A stretch of DNA of 63,955 nucleotides, filler included, from Bonamia ostreae (Eukaryota), in the NCBI GenBank assembly GCA_040357525.1. It is 24 parts of 24 records of this genome, joined end to end, with 100 filler letters (N's around TTAATTAATTAA, not from the genome) between each part and the next. Parts side by side here need not be neighbours in the genome. Positions count along the whole stretch, not along the records: positions 1 to 2,609 come from JBDODL010000759.1; positions 2,710 to 5,316 come from JBDODL010000760.1; positions 5,417 to 8,015 come from JBDODL010000762.1; positions 8,116 to 10,704 come from JBDODL010000764.1; positions 10,805 to 13,390 come from JBDODL010000765.1; positions 13,491 to 16,076 come from JBDODL010000766.1; 18 more parts are not named here. One strand, given 5' to 3'. Below the pieces are notes generated by a model. It made no database searches. It saw only the letters and a list, made by a program, of their open reading frames with translations, and was not told the origin of the DNA. The translations under genes and the position numbers were made by a program. Below are positions 1 through 13,842 of this stretch, piece after piece (within the stretch, counting starts at the first letter, position 1; every line of letters begins with the position of its first letter).

Positions 1-21
1 TTTTTATAATTTCTCTTAAAA

Positions 22-656
22 TTATAAAACGGTATATCTGATTTCTTTATCAATAGGCCAATTCTGAAGATGAGTTTCGCGCACTAACATATCCACAAAA
101 AGAGTTTTCCCGTGATGCAATTGTCCCAGAAAACTCATGTTTCTGATCAAAAGCGGATTCTCCATCATTTTCGTCATAAATCTGTACGAAAACGAAGTTT
201 CGGGAAGCGCTTTTTCGACGTTGTAAAAAACGCGTGTTTTGGCCGGAGCGATGATCGGCGTTTCAATTGGTTGTGTATCTTCGAGTTGCGTTATTACTTC
301 CGCGTCCGGGTAGACCACGCTCGCGTTCGGGAAATATTGTTTGTCTTCGTGCAAAACAATCTGACTGGACGTGTTTTTGACCATTTTTTGCAGCGCCGTT
401 TTCTCGTTTTCGTCGGCGGCGGCATCTGCGACGGTCGGCGTTTCTGGTCTTTCCACTTGTTTTAAGTTGTCATTTGGGCCTTCTGGAGGCGCAAAAGGTT
501 CGTCTGGTTTGTCATCTTTTTTTTTAAATTGGAAACGTTGTTTTTCTTCTTCGTCGGAATATTCAGACGAATAAGAATCCAATTCCGGTCCAATATAATT
601 TCCAAACTTGATCGTTAAATATAAACTTCGTCGTACATATTTTCTGCGTCAGACAT
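22..656 (-). CDS. EFTUD2: U5 snRNP GTPase Snu114/EFTUD2, N-terminal part (3' truncated)
   Basis: ATG at 656. Removing a 20-nt intron (607-626) gives MSDAENMYDE-FGNYIGPELDS, followed by IVLHEDKQYFP, EDTQPIETPIIAP and the G1 motif GQLHHGKT. Confidence 0.95.
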
Positions 657-1314
657 TCTGAGCTTTTCGGACAGAGATTTTTAAGAAGTTTTAGTATAAT
701 TATATTTGCTAAAATGTTTGGCTAAAATGGTAAAAATTCGTAACTTGTTTTGTTTGTGCGTGTTAAATCTAAAATGTAAAATGTAAAAACATGAAAAATG
801 GCGGATGAGTTAAATTTGTTAAAACAATGAAATAATAATTTATTTTTTTTAAAAAAGTTAATGAAAATTAAATGCTCTGAAAAAATGAAATTTGTTAAAT
901 AAGAAATTTGTTATATAAGAAATTTGTTAAAATTTTGATTTTATTTTCTATTAAAGATGGCGTAAAATATTTTATAATTGTTTCCTTTTATTGTATATGT
1001 GGCAAATAAACTTTAAGTTCACGATTCGATTATTTTTCAGTCTGCTTTCAAATGAATCCACAAAGCAACTGACATTGAAATCATCCAAAATGACGTTATT
1101 ACTTTGGTCGAAAAAATTTGAGTTTTTAATTCTCGATCAAGTTCCAAATTACATTTCTTTTTAACGATATTCATTGATACATTTCTTTATGTTTTTTAAA
1201 AACGGTATATTCAAGAAAAAACAAAAATTCGATGTTTCGTTTAAAAATCAGCACAATTAAACAAATAAAATAATTTTCTTTATCGAAGAAAACGAGATAA
1301 CTCAAAATAAATTA

Positions 1315-2386
1315 ATGGAAAGTTATCTGAACTCATCAACTATCTCACTCTCAAGGCTTCCTGTGTTCAAAAATATAACAAAATCAAGAAATTTCGAGGA
1401 AACGGCTGTCGGTTTAAAACCAAAACATTCAAACGTCCAAAATTATCTATCCTTTTTCAACGAGATTCATTGCAAATCGGAAAAAATTGACAAACTGAAA
1501 AATCATCTTTTAAAATTAATGGAAGAAAAGCAAATTTTGTTGCAAATAACAAGTTTTGAAAAACTTTTCGAAAAAGTGTTCATTGAAAAATATCGCTTTG
1601 TTTTTGTTTTTCAACCGAGAGTTTTCGAAGCCCGCCACGTTCTAGAAAATTACGTTGAGTGTGGATACTACACGCCATTTATTTGTTGCTTTGAATATGG
1701 CCCTTTTGCAGTGTTTGCTTTCCATTCCGCGAACAATGTCACAATGACACCATTGGACGAAGCACTCGAAGTCGATTATGATAATCTGTTTAGATTCTTT
1801 ATCGTGTACTTGAATTATCTGGATTACTGTAATTTGGAAATTGATCGAGAATTAAAAAACTCAACAATTTTTTTCGACCAATGCAATAACGTCATTTTGG
1901 ATGATTTCAATGTCAGTTGTTCCATGGATTCATTTCAAAGCAGACAAAAAAACACCCGCATCGTATCAAGATTCTTCGAAAATTTTTGGGGTTCAATTAG
2001 CAATTTGGGACTATTCTTAAAAGTTGTTGAGAGATTAGCAGCCCTTCCAAGTAATAAATCGATCAAATCAATCTTTCTAATGAAGTATTTTGAGAAAAAT
2101 TCTGACAGATATTTGCCAGAAGTGTTTTTGCAGCAATACGACAAAAGCACAAAAATAGTCAGTTTTTAAATAAAATTTTATAGCACTTTATTTGATTGAT
2201 GGACAGGTCTACAGGTTTAATGCGACTAATCCTTTTTGTTTGACCTATCTTAAATGGAATATCTACATTACCAGGAATTTTGATGATTCTGTTTTAGTGC
2301 GAAAAAATTTGGGGTCATATAAATATCAAAAAACGATACGGGGAAGCAATTCCAAAATATTTTTCGCCGTATTTACATATTATTAA
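1315..2386 (+). CDS. Divergent protein-kinase-like protein (probable pseudokinase)
   Basis: LNYLDYCNLEIDRELKNSTIFFDQCNNVILDDF resembles degenerate subdomains VIa-VII. A short GT-AG intron near 2158 joins the 2192-2386 ORF. Confidence 0.4.
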
Positions 2387-2609
2387 ATCAAACTATTTTT
2401 TCTAAATCCATTTACAATTTTAGCGTTTATTTCTTTCCCAACGTCCTTTTTAGAAGCGTTTTGTGCCAAGATTTTAATAAAATAAGACGTCTCTCTTCTA
2501 ACTTGAAATATTTTTGTCTAACTTGAATTTTCGATCTTTGTTGATTGCTGTGTGTAAAGAATCTAATCGTCTCTTCAATTGATTCCAATTAATTTTTCTG
2601 TGACAATTT

Positions 2610-2709
2610 NNNNNNNNNNNNNNNNNNNNNNNNNNNNNNNNNNNNNNNNNNNNTTAATTAATTAANNNNNNNNNNNNNNNNNNNNNNNNNNNNNNNNNNN
2701 NNNNNNNNN
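2610..2709. other. Artificial contig linker (N44-TTAATTAATTAA-N44); first of 23 identical linkers
   Basis: Identical 100-bp spacer at 2610, 5317, 8016, 10705, 13391, 16077, 18758, 21433, 24104, 26773, 29442, 32109, 34772, 37434, 40093, 42750, 45404, 48058, 50710, 53361, 56012, 58662, 61310. The 12-mer gives stops in all six frames, and contig lengths fall from about 2609 to 2546. Confidence 0.99.
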
Positions 2710-2760
2710 CCTTTCATATATGTGTCAGCATTAGCTATCGCTGCGCTTTATATAATGATT

Positions 2761-3075
2761 GGTAGCAGTAGTCTAGTGGTTGTGGCATTCACTTTGTAAA
2801 CGGAAGAGTGATTCGTTATTCCGGCTCTCCGAAAGACATAGGTAGGGACTACTCATTTGCCTGACATCCTGCATTAAATATCAAAGTTACACAATACCTT
2901 GAAAGCAGAGCCCCGAGTCACACTGGACATTGACATGACCCTCACTTGCAATGCAATGCTTAATGACCTTAGGCACCATGCATAACTAAAAAATTGTACT
3001 CTTCAGCTAAAGTTGGTGATGTCTCCAGATGAGGTAAAATTATCGAATTGGACTTGGAACAATATACAAACAAAA
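2761..3075 (+). mobile_element. Degenerate tRNA-derived SINE (host-like contig)
   Basis: tRNA-like head GGTAGCAGTAGTCTAGTGGTT and tail GGTGATGTCTCCAGATGAGG...AACAATATACAAAC. Related head at 12549 and about 31950-32030(-), related tail at about 13028-13095(-). Confidence 0.6.
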
Positions 3076-5532
3076 CGTATCATGGAATTTACATGATTTA
3101 TTGTAGGTTAAAAATTACTCAAACCATGACCCAGAAGACAAGGAAGAACTTCCCCAATGTTCTATTTCGGAATATGGAGTTTTCTCTCATAGTTTTCCTA
3201 CAGCAATACAAATCGTATATTTTAAAGAAGCAACCGAAGGCTAAGAAAATCTATAAATAGTGTGCATTTGTTATCTGTAGAATGATATGTTAACTTGTTC
3301 AATCACAATCCGTATCAAACTGATCCAGGAACTTTATTTCAGTCTTCTTGTTAAGCATAATTCAATTCATAGTCCATACATAACACTGCAATATTCCATT
3401 TAGTGGAAATGGTTTTGAATAGGTTAGATCAGAACGATTTATCAACATTGATGGATACAAATTGGCTTGATCTTCCACAGACTTCTGACAATAGTAAAGA
3501 AAGACGGTAAATGTGTTATTTTTGTGCAGATATTTTAGTACTTTTGTGGGTCTGCTGCATTTCTAAAAAATTACTAAAAATAAAACCACCTTACCACACC
3601 ACGGTTTGTAGCAACTGTATCACTTCTATCCAAAGTGCTTTGATTCAACTTCAAAAATATAAATTAACGAAATGTATTCCAGATTTATGGTCAATCGGGG
3701 TACAAAATATAGAACTGTATCATACACTATCGTGGGCCTCAACGTGTATTGTGTAATTTTCCATTGAATTTTTATTAGCTAGATACATTTAAGCAAAGGG
3801 CTATGCAAAATAAGGAAGATTCCTTTTTTGATAAGATGAAAGGTGATTCAGTGGATATTTCGTTACGTGGAACTTTTCTATTTCATGTAATACATAAAAA
3901 GGTAAGACATTGAACAGTCTTATATACACGGAGTATAAGGATGTTTCAGAAAATATTTCGCCAAACACAACAATGAATGGATTTAATATGTAAACCGATA
4001 TCAATGATATGTATGTCTAGTTCTTTTTATTGATTTTAATACACAAGCATATTTATAATCTTGTTGTTTTGTTTTTTGTTGAAGAACCAAAATAATGCCC
4101 AGATCATTCAGATATTTCCTGCGTATTCTTTCAACGATTTGCAGATTGGCATGTGATCGCTTACGGTACAGTTGGCAGGCGTTCTGGTTTTGCATTAGTG
4201 CCCGTTTACAAGGCAAAAGTATTCCCAAAGGTAATTAATTACCTTACATATAACTTCATTAATTTAGTCAATTAGATCTAGTAATATCCATACTTCCTAA
4301 TTGTTTAAATCACGTCAAATTGTATATGCACTTCATTTAAACGATTATAAACCGGACAGAATTGTTCGTATATAATGATTGGCATATTTTACTTTTAATC
4401 ATTAGGCCTCTTTATGTATTGTTTATCATTTGAAATACTACCATAATGTAGCTGTATTCAATTTGTTAATTTGCCAAAATCAGTCGATACCATCAACAGA
4501 ACAGAAATCTGTCTAAAGATGTTTCGCGGTGGGGGAAATATCAAANNNNNNNNNNAGGTAAATCACACGGAAAAAATAGACATCATCTATGTACATGTTA
4601 CATTATGGAAATAATCCTACATTTATACGAATGGTTTCAAATGCTAAGCAAAAGTTCATAATTATAGATTGTTTCATCATATATAAAAAAATATTGCGCT
4701 CAGCTGCCAAATAAAATTATTTAAAAAGTTTTGTCTCTTTGAACTCTTTTCGTATGTTTTGATTTGTTTACCTAGCGTGCATTGTCAACAAATTAAACTT
4801 CCAATATCTGAATTCTTCAAACAGGCAAAGACAAATAACAACAAAGTATAGAGAGTTTGTTAATGAGGACACGAGGGAGGTTAATATGAAACTATTATTT
4901 CTCGAAGGACACTAGAATTAGTATGATTTCTATTCCAAACATATCGTCAAAAATGTGGAATAATTTGCCCAAATAAGTGCTCCAAAAACAAGTATGTGGC
5001 CCTTACTGTCCGCTTGTATCAAGTAAAGAAATTATTACGTCGGAAACGTTATTTCTCGCACATCAAATTATATTCAAGTTTAAACAATGGTAGCAAGAAT
5101 CGTGTAGACATCTTTATTAAACTTTAACCATCTTGACATGAATCAGAAATATATTCTTTTGTAACATGATTTCAGCAACAGCTCCCTTTCACCCACAACT
5201 GTGTCGAAACATTTTTGACTCCTTCTCGGATACATACTTGATTTCTACCAGACAGAAGCTAAATTGGGACGCATCAAATACTGTTACCAGCAAAACAGTT
5301 GTCATTTGTACAAGAANNNNNNNNNNNNNNNNNNNNNNNNNNNNNNNNNNNNNNNNNNNNTTAATTAATTAANNNNNNNNNNNNNNNNNNNNNNNNNNNN
5401 NNNNNNNNNNNNNNNNCATTATCAAAAAAAAATAATGATTTTGAACAATTCAAATGATTCTAATAAACATTAATAATAATTAAAATATAAAATACCAAAA
5501 AATTTAACGATAACAAACTCACGAATTAAGAA

Positions 5533-5979
5533 TTATAGTCTTAAATAAAAATACATGATACCTACATGTAGACATTTATTACTATATTCATAATAAACTC
5601 TTGGAACAAGTGATAAAATAAAAAAAATATAGAAAATTTTATAGAACGTCAAAATTGCAAAAAATAGCGAAAAATAAGAAAAAGTTATAAAACGAAATTT
5701 TTGGTTGATGCGTCGTGAAGGATTTTTTCCAATAATTTTATTCTGATTTAAAAGTAACATGTAATCCGCTTTCGGCCGCGCGATATTATAATAAGTCGTT
5801 CTTCTTTTGTTATTTTTGTACCCAAATAATTCTAGTCCTTTTTGGTGTTCTTCGCTTGTCAGTCTATTCTTTCTGCTCGAAATGTTTCTTGTAACTTTGT
5901 CTATTTTTTCTTTTAGAAAAATAACTGAAAAATCTTTTTGCGTTTTTGAGTTTGTTCGACAACGAGTATTTGGGAACAA
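5533..5979 (-). CDS. Hypothetical membrane protein (C-terminal exon; upstream exons likely)
   Basis: 148-aa ORF with a hydrophobic C-terminal half; no family recognised. Confidence 0.3.
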   Translation of the reverse strand: MFPNTRCRTNSKTQKDFSVIFLKEKIDKVTRNISSRKNRLTSEEHQKGLELFGYKNNKRRTTYYNIARPKADYMLLLNQNKIIGKNPSRRINQKFRFITFSYFSLFFAILTFYKIFYIFFILSLVPRVYYEYSNKCLHVGIMYFYLRL

Positions 5980-6697
5980 ACATTTGAAGATTTAAGCTTT
6001 CTTTCTAAAATTTTTATGTTTAAAAATTCAAAATTAGCTTTAACAAATATTATTAACTTTTAATATATCGATGTTGGCTAATTATTTTTTTCCTGGTTTG
6101 TTTCTGCTTAAATACTCAAATTTTCTTGATCAAAAATTCAATTTTTCTGGTCAATTATTTTTTGTTATTTCCGACAAATGGCAAACCCAAATCAGCCAGA
6201 TTTTGTGTCGTTAATAACAAATCTAAAAAATTCTTTCAGTTGGCCCCGATAATCCATCGCGAAAATTAGTAAATATTTCCGTCAAAACTGGTTTAAAAAA
6301 TTACTTCCAACGCTCAATGCAGTTTCCGCATATTTTTTCGTTACAATTTTTTATTTGACGGGTTTCGTTAAGTTATTTCGCATTAAAGATATGAACATGA
6401 AAGAAAACAGGCTCACCAAAAATAAAAATTTAATTCTTACAATAAACATTAATTTAAAGGGACACTTTAATAAACATGTCTTGACTAGAGACTTCGAATG
6501 AGAGAACAAAAGAATAAGTTATCTCAAACGATTCTGGCTGTTTATTTAGAAAATAAATAAACAAAAAACAAAAAACAGGGATGCTTTGTTGTGGAGAAAA
6601 AAAGGTGTTCACTATTGAATAAATAACAACGATAAAGATAAACGATTCTTACAACTCAATAATTTTTGTAAAATCAATGATTCAATAAGATGACCGT

Positions 6698-7638
6698 TTA
6701 AAATGATCCCAACAACTCTTCGTCAATTTCTTCGTCTTCTTTTTTCTTTTTCGGAGCCCTTAGATAAAAACAGAGCCCAATTGACAACACAAGAAAACCA
6801 GCCACAACAATCACAGACAAAAAAATCATCATAGCGCTTATTTTACTGAACATGATAATACAAGAATTCGTTTTCACTGCTTGGCTCAAAACCGCATCAC
6901 GGAACTCTTTCGCTGCAGATATATCAAGATCCTTCAATTTGTCATTAGTATATAAATAAGACTTCATTTTATAATAAGTACTATCAGATAAGCCAAAACT
7001 GCGCAAAATTTCCAAAGCGACGGGAAACTTTGCATCTGGAATAATATTGAAAGCTACAAAAGAAGTGTTTTCGCAGACTTTTCCCGTTGAAACTGCGTAC
7101 TCAAAATTTTGTTGAATGGTCATTGTTGTAACGGTTGAATTAGTAGTTTTAAGTTGACAAGGGATAGCGAAAATGCTCAGAGCGGTTTCAGAATTTTTGG
7201 GTACGATCTTTCTATTTTCAAGAAACTTTTTGGCTGATTCTACTGAACATTCGTCCTCACAGCTTTTATTTGAACAAAATATTTACAACTATAAAATTTA
7301 TTTTTTTTACTTTTTAGTTTTAAACGATTTCGAATTAAAACATATTGTAATTTTGATCAAATTATTAAATTTTTTATTAAAAACAATTTTTGATCGATTT
7401 TTTCTGCATCTTTTCTCGATAAAACTTTAAAATCTGTTTTAAAGCTTATGTCAACAGAATTTGATAAATATTTTGAAGTGTATGCCAAAGTTTCATGGAC
7501 TTCAGTTTCAACTGTTTTCGGAGAAAGTTCTGAGAAACATTGGACATAATTTACATCAATTTTAGTCACAAACTTGACGTCTTGACGTCTTTTGTAAGTT
7601 TCACTCAAAACAACAGCGAATAGCAATAAAATTTTCAT
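6698..7638 (-). CDS. Orphan type I membrane protein (signal peptide, Cys-containing ectodomain, TM, basic/acidic tail)
   Basis: MKILLLFAVVLS signal. A GT-AG intron at about 7264-7383 restores frame into the 6698-7123 ORF, which ends in TM-RAPKKKKEDEEIDEELLGSF. Confidence 0.6.
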
Positions 7639-8396
7639 TTCGTTTATTTTGGTTTGTTTATTTTAAGTTTTTTTATATGTCGTATAGTTTAGACGGATAA
7701 AGAAATTTCATATATTCGAACAATTTGACTTTTAATTAATTTTTTACAGAAATTTATTAAACTTCTTATTTATTAAACTTCCAATTCTAAGTTTTACCAT
7801 TAAAATTAAGAAGATAAAAATATTTTAAATTTAATAAAATAATAAAATTTATTTATAAAAGCAAAAAAAAGACAAAAGAAAAAGCGTTATAGAAAAATTT
7901 GAATAAAACTAACAGGAATGATTTGAAAAACAATATTTTTAACAAAAATAACATTTTAATAGAATCGAAACGGTTGATTTAATCTATTAAAAATTTTAAA
8001 TTTTTGCAAAATAAANNNNNNNNNNNNNNNNNNNNNNNNNNNNNNNNNNNNNNNNNNNNTTAATTAATTAANNNNNNNNNNNNNNNNNNNNNNNNNNNNN
8101 NNNNNNNNNNNNNNNGACATAATCTTCGACAGAATTTGCAATAGAGAATAAAGAGTTGTTGCCAGTTAAAAGATTGGGGCCCTCTGAACGTTAGACCTTT
8201 CAAGATAATTGACTTCGTGTCGTCATTTGTCAACTCTATCAGATATATAATATATGGTTATATTTGATTTGTTATCGTATTGTAGACAATGCTTAATGGC
8301 TTCCTTCTATAGCAGTTAAAACATTGAGATTTCCATAGATGTAGCATGCATCGCTAGAAATTTGACATTACTCAAAACAAAAATCATTCCTCTTAC

Positions 8397-9772
8397 CTAC
8401 GCACTCTCCCAGTTGAGTCCATTCACCATGGAGGGAACATGTTGAGTTCAAGGGACCATAAGGAGTATAATTAGTATTGCAGGAGAACGTGACTTCCGAT
8501 CCCACCAACAGGAAGTTTGTTATGTTTTCTAATTTTCCTTTTGTTACAGGTAATAGAGGAGGGAAACCACAGTCTATCAACATAAATGATAACATTCTAT
8601 AAAAAAGACACTCACTGAACATTTGGCTGAACACTAGAAGTATATCCGATTATCACTAAAATTAATATATTGTGCATACATTCATTTAAAAAGTTGCTTG
8701 TAAATTACTGTTATGAATCCAAACGCATATTGCAATAGTTCACAATGGTATCTATTTTGCAAGTCTGAAATTAGTTAGTATGCATAGAGTAACTGGGTGA
8801 TTAAGTCTTGGCATCTCTACATACTGGCGTATAAGCACGTGGCTATCCCCGCTGTGGTGTTCATGCATTTATGTCTCGAAGGACATGGCAAGTTGCAGTA
8901 TTTCAAATATCCTAAAAAGGGCAACAGTTAATAAAATGAAAAATACTTTTACATTATATTAATGTATTCAATTTTGATAAACTTGTTCGAACCATAAGTC
9001 CCAGCTTCCAGGAAAAGTCGCAATACAATGGTGTTTAACTTTGGTCACAGTAATACCGTGAGGTGTTGTAAAAAGTAAATTGACATCTAGAAGTGAAAGG
9101 AGCTAAACACTTCGTGTACAATTAGATATGGAAATATTTTCATAAAATGTTCAGATATGGAGTCACTATTTGATTTATGTTTACTTGGTTCCTGAGATTG
9201 ATTCCTATATAAGACAATGTTCTCTTTGACAGAGGCTCTTAATATTGCATTTCATTTAAGTTTAATGGCTTATTAAAGAACCTCATATAGTGTGAAATTT
9301 TTAAAATTCTAAAATCTCTTATTTACCGACAAAAACAGCTTGTTTATTGTTACAGAAAAATATAAAACATTGAGATAAAATTCTGGGTGGTAATTACGTA
9401 TTTCAGTAGACATTTAGACAATCACTGCAATTTAACAGTTGCGTGATGGTGTCCTACCTTGGCATTAGGTACGCTCTTTAGATCGCTCTTTGTTGCATAT
9501 TTGTAGTTTTTCGCATCGAAAACTTCCGAGTCCTCGGTATTCAGTTGACAGATGAACTTCTCTATGTGGTAATCAACAGACAAACAGTCATGGTACAACA
9601 GACACTCTGCAGCACACATGTTAACACCGATGTTTGGGATCTCCAGCAGTGTCTCCGAGACAATCCTCTTGTCGTGTTTATTCACACTGTCTACACCGCT
9701 GACAATGGTAATCATGAAATTCATAATAAACAGCTCCCTTAATGAAGCGGTGACAGGAGTACCCAATAGCAT
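8397..9772 (-). CDS. Animal-type secreted protein with PAN/Apple and Sushi (CCP) domains, partial (host-like)
   Basis: Exon 9458-9772 has the PAN pattern CAAECLLYHDCLSVDY...CQLN. Exon about 8397-8574 is a sushi repeat (DCGFPP...VTFSCNTNY...STCSLHGEW..C). A Cys-rich mini-exon may lie at about 8825-8910. Donors are GTAAG/GTAGG with long introns. Confidence 0.75.
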
Positions 9773-12548
9773 ATTTAGTCCCAGACAACTCAGTCTTAGC
9801 GAGAGTAATGTTACTGTCCAGAACGCTTATACAACAGTCCGGTAAATGAAATTAAGGCTGTTCTAAATTAAGTCTACGTTTTACATCTGCATTCGGGTAA
9901 GTGTTTTTGCAAGGTAATTAGGTAAATATTTTAAAATGAATTGCTTTAAATCAATTCTACATTCTACATCAGCTCAGTGAGCTCAACCAAGCAAATGATA
10001 ATATCTAGAAGGCAACGTATGATAGCATTTTTCAAAAACATCTAACCTGTGATGTCGATACATCTGTTTTCATGTTCAACTTTGCACTTGTACAATGAAT
10101 GCATGCTAAACCAGTAATACACTCTCGGAAGGTGTTATCAAAATCCTAAGTAAGGTATATCAAGACGAATGTTACTTCCAAATTTGGCAGCATCTGACAA
10201 CTAAGAAATTCAATCTAGGCGTACTGCAACACTAATCCAAAGAACGGAATAGACTATCTGAGACAATCCTCAAAATCGTTATCTAGATTCGAAGCCATCA
10301 CACAATGAACGGACTAGAACTGTCATTCATAGACCCGAACCACATTGTTTAAAGTTATAACTAACCAATTATGGGGGGGGGACTCCATGTTTATCAGACT
10401 ACTTGATAGATATCGTAAACTGGGATATTGTGACGTCACAAATACAAGCATGTTAGCCTCCATAGCAGCCAGCGTAATGTCCCTTCCTTGTGACATAGAA
10501 GCTAATTATATGTGGATAATACAATTCCAAGTTAAACTAACAACTGATGTAACAGGACTGTCACAGATTTGAATGAATTTAGAGTTTCAAAAGAAAGTGG
10601 CTTATTGATTTGAAATTTTTGATGCATTGAACTTTAGAAAATATCGAGCACACGTTTGCCTACGTATCAATTTATACCAAAGTTTATGTCCGTCGGATGG
10701 GACGNNNNNNNNNNNNNNNNNNNNNNNNNNNNNNNNNNNNNNNNNNNNTTAATTAATTAANNNNNNNNNNNNNNNNNNNNNNNNNNNNNNNNNNNNNNNN
10801 NNNNTCAAAGTGGAGGTAGTGTATGTACACCCCATCACTCAAGCGTGTACTTATTTCCACTTGAACCTTACCTAAATAACGGTGAATGCATGAGACTAGC
10901 TTGCGCTGTGTTCATAAGGTATTTATTAAGGTGACACATCGCTCGAGTTTCTTTTCGGGGTGTAAAGTTAAACGTTTAAATGTTTAATGGGTCAATTTCA
11001 ACCCCTACACTTTCTTCTCGTTGTCTATTTCGATGTAGTCAAATTTACGACTTGTTTGGACAGAACAATGACATAAGCTTTTTACGAATACAATGTTGAG
11101 TCATGGCAATGGACATTATTATTTATTGAAATGTGATTTTAAAATGTGACGATTGTGCTGTGTGCTGTTAGAGACTGAAAAATTTCGTTGATACGTATCA
11201 GAAATGTGTCTTGTAAATGTTGATGTATGTCTATCTTAGTACGAGAAAAGAGCAAATAAATAAACTTAAAAAAATGTCTATGCAAGATAAAGTTCCATGT
11301 TAATGAAATCCAAGTTAATTACTTAAAACTAGTAAGGACAAAATGTAAAAAGAATGCCAGGATATAGTAAACATGCACCCCGGTTGCAATAAATTCCGAA
11401 GGCCCTTTGAAATTCAATTCATCGATAGTCATCTGCATTGAAAACTATTTGAATAGCTTGGTGTTAAGTTGTGCAAGACTTTAAAAACTAAAATGAGTTT
11501 CAAATAAATTCAAAGTAAGGCGATGAAATCCACCGAAATTACTTAAACAATTGTACAACACTAGTTAAAATAGGAGAATTGATAGTGTCAAAAATTTCAT
11601 TAACTCTTCCCAAGACATAGAAGAGTTGCGTCAACATAGAAGGGTCTAAATATCCAATTAAAGACGAGTGGGATTTTTTAGACTTGCTTATTCAAGACAG
11701 GGCTACCTATCAGTTGAAATTTCTCGTTTACTGTTGAATCATGGTGCTAGAGGATAAGTATGCCATGATTTCATAGGAAAGACTTGTATACGTATAATCG
11801 ATTAGAGAATATAGATTACAGGCATCAACGAAAATAATATATTTTCAAAATTTGACCATTTTACGGTAGATTTGACAGATAATAGTATGATGTTGCTCAA
11901 AATATTAGCTTAATCCCTTTCAGACACGAAATAGAAACTTTCTAGAATTAAAATTGTAAGTGTAATCCTTTTGAATTATGATGTTTTACACATATCTAAA
12001 GGTTGTGTTTTTTTATATAGAAAAATCATCCACTATACAGAAATTTCTCGTGAGATATTTGTTTTCTCAATCAGACTTGTAATTTGGACTTTACAACAGA
12101 TTTCACAATGATTACATTTAAACGAACATAATTCATTTATTTTCGTGCACACGTTACAAGATCTTATCCAAAGAATATATAACAAAGCTGGAATTCGTGA
12201 CAGAGGTTATTCAAAAAGTATCCTACAGAGGGTGTGGAGCTGTGATATCTGTAAGTATATTGCTTTTGATTGGATTATTCAAATATCGTGTATCTTATCT
12301 TCAATATCATTTTCCCTTTTTCATCGCTATATTTGCCACATTAGATTTTTAAACTTTAGCACATGTTTGTAGGTGGTATGTCTCGTGTATCCCGACTTCT
12401 TAATTTATGCCTAACAGGCGTAATCTAATTTGATGTGCGCTAACATTATTGGTGCACACATGTTTCTGAAAAGACATACATATATTTGAAATGCAATCCT
12501 TGCGAGGTACCGTTAAGGATATTTTAGTTATCTGATGTAGTGATATCT

Positions 12549-12592
12549 GTAGTCTAGTGGTTAGGGCACTTGCATTACAACTGCTAGGTCCG
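12549..12592 (+). mobile_element. SINE head fragment
   Basis: GTAGTCTAGTGGTTAGGGCA matches the head at 2768. Confidence 0.4.
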
Positions 12593-13027
12593 CTTATCCT
12601 TTGTATACTGCGTGCATTTATATACACTTCATGAAACCTAGGATAGTTATAATTTCTATGAGCTTTCTTTACTTTCATTTCCTTTTTCTAAAAAATGACC
12701 ATTGCAATGATGTTTATGAATGCTAATACAACATTCTCAATTCATTTCGCAAATATCAGGGATAGAGAGAGTTTATGAGTCGGAGTACGTACCAGTTAAA
12801 GAATGTTTGTACGAATTAAGTCTAATTCATGAAAAATAATGATACTGTACATTAAATAAATCATTTGTTATATCTATGTGTCAATTGTTGATTTTTTCGC
12901 AAGCAATTTTGGGTCATGGTGCAACAAAATCCCCGACTTATTTAAATCAGAATGAGGATGTCTTGTATATATCTTCAATATCAATTTTGATCAATGATTT
13001 CAACGACAAAGACACGAAAAAGTTAGA

Positions 13028-13095
13028 TTAATTGATTGTGTATTGTTTAAAGTCTCGCTCGAAAAATTTTCTCTGATGTGGAGACGTCAACATTT
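13028..13095 (-). mobile_element. SINE 3' tail fragment
   Basis: Reverse complement TTGACGTCTCCACATCAGAGAAAATTTTTCGAGCGAGACTTTAAACAATACACAATCAAT aligns with 3014-3075. Confidence 0.55.
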
Positions 13096-13490
13096 CCGAT
13101 AAAGGGTGCCAAAATATGCCAGGAATCATATTTGCATCGGTTGTACAATATGATATTGTTATTGTTTCAGACATGGAACAGAACATGTCGATTACAGTGT
13201 AATGTTTCTGTTGAAATCTTTCTTTCACGCGTGATTCAATCTTTTGAAAATAGTTTTATGTACATGAAGAGGTGAAGATATACATAGAAATATTCGGTAT
13301 ATCTTTTTTTTCGCGTCATTTTTATTCTCTGCGAATCAGAAATTAAAACAGTATATTAGTTTACGCGAACTGTATTTTCCCTAATTCAGANNNNNNNNNN
13401 NNNNNNNNNNNNNNNNNNNNNNNNNNNNNNNNNNTTAATTAATTAANNNNNNNNNNNNNNNNNNNNNNNNNNNNNNNNNNNNNNNNNNNN

Positions 13491-13842
13491 AATTTTACAA
13501 AATGTCCTTTCAGCGGGACATTCTTGTTACCGGCTTATGACACGGATTTCCGTTTGAACATGAAAGAGCGTTCGTGGGCAGTTGACAAGGTTGGAGAGAG
13601 TATGATTATCACGCAATCGATGTTTTAACCCGATTTAAAATTTGTCAAATTTAATGAATTAGTTTTAAAATGGCTAAATTCTGATAAAAAGGTACGATCT
13701 TAACAATCCGCAAGTCTATATAAGAGAAGAGAATTTGGTTGTTTACATTGTTCTTGGCGTCGGATTATTTAACTTCTTCGCTTCAATAGCAGTCTCTTTA
13801 ATCTTGCAAAACAATTCGCCGGAAAACATAAATAAAATATAA
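13491..13842 (+). CDS. Nicastrin-like C-terminus (5' truncated)
   Basis: Spliced reading CPFSGTFLLPAYDTDFR...SW...TQSMYDLNNPQVYIREENLVVYIVLGVG+TM resembles the nicastrin PAY..W..TES.W..VY..TM segment; one GT-AG intron at about 13622-13691. Confidence 0.5.

Noticed and set aside
2610-2709. Regularly spaced TTAATTAATTAA palindrome as a biological repeat
   Set aside because: Always embedded in N44 flanks between size-sorted contigs, so it is an assembly linker. Gene adjacency across linkers is meaningless.
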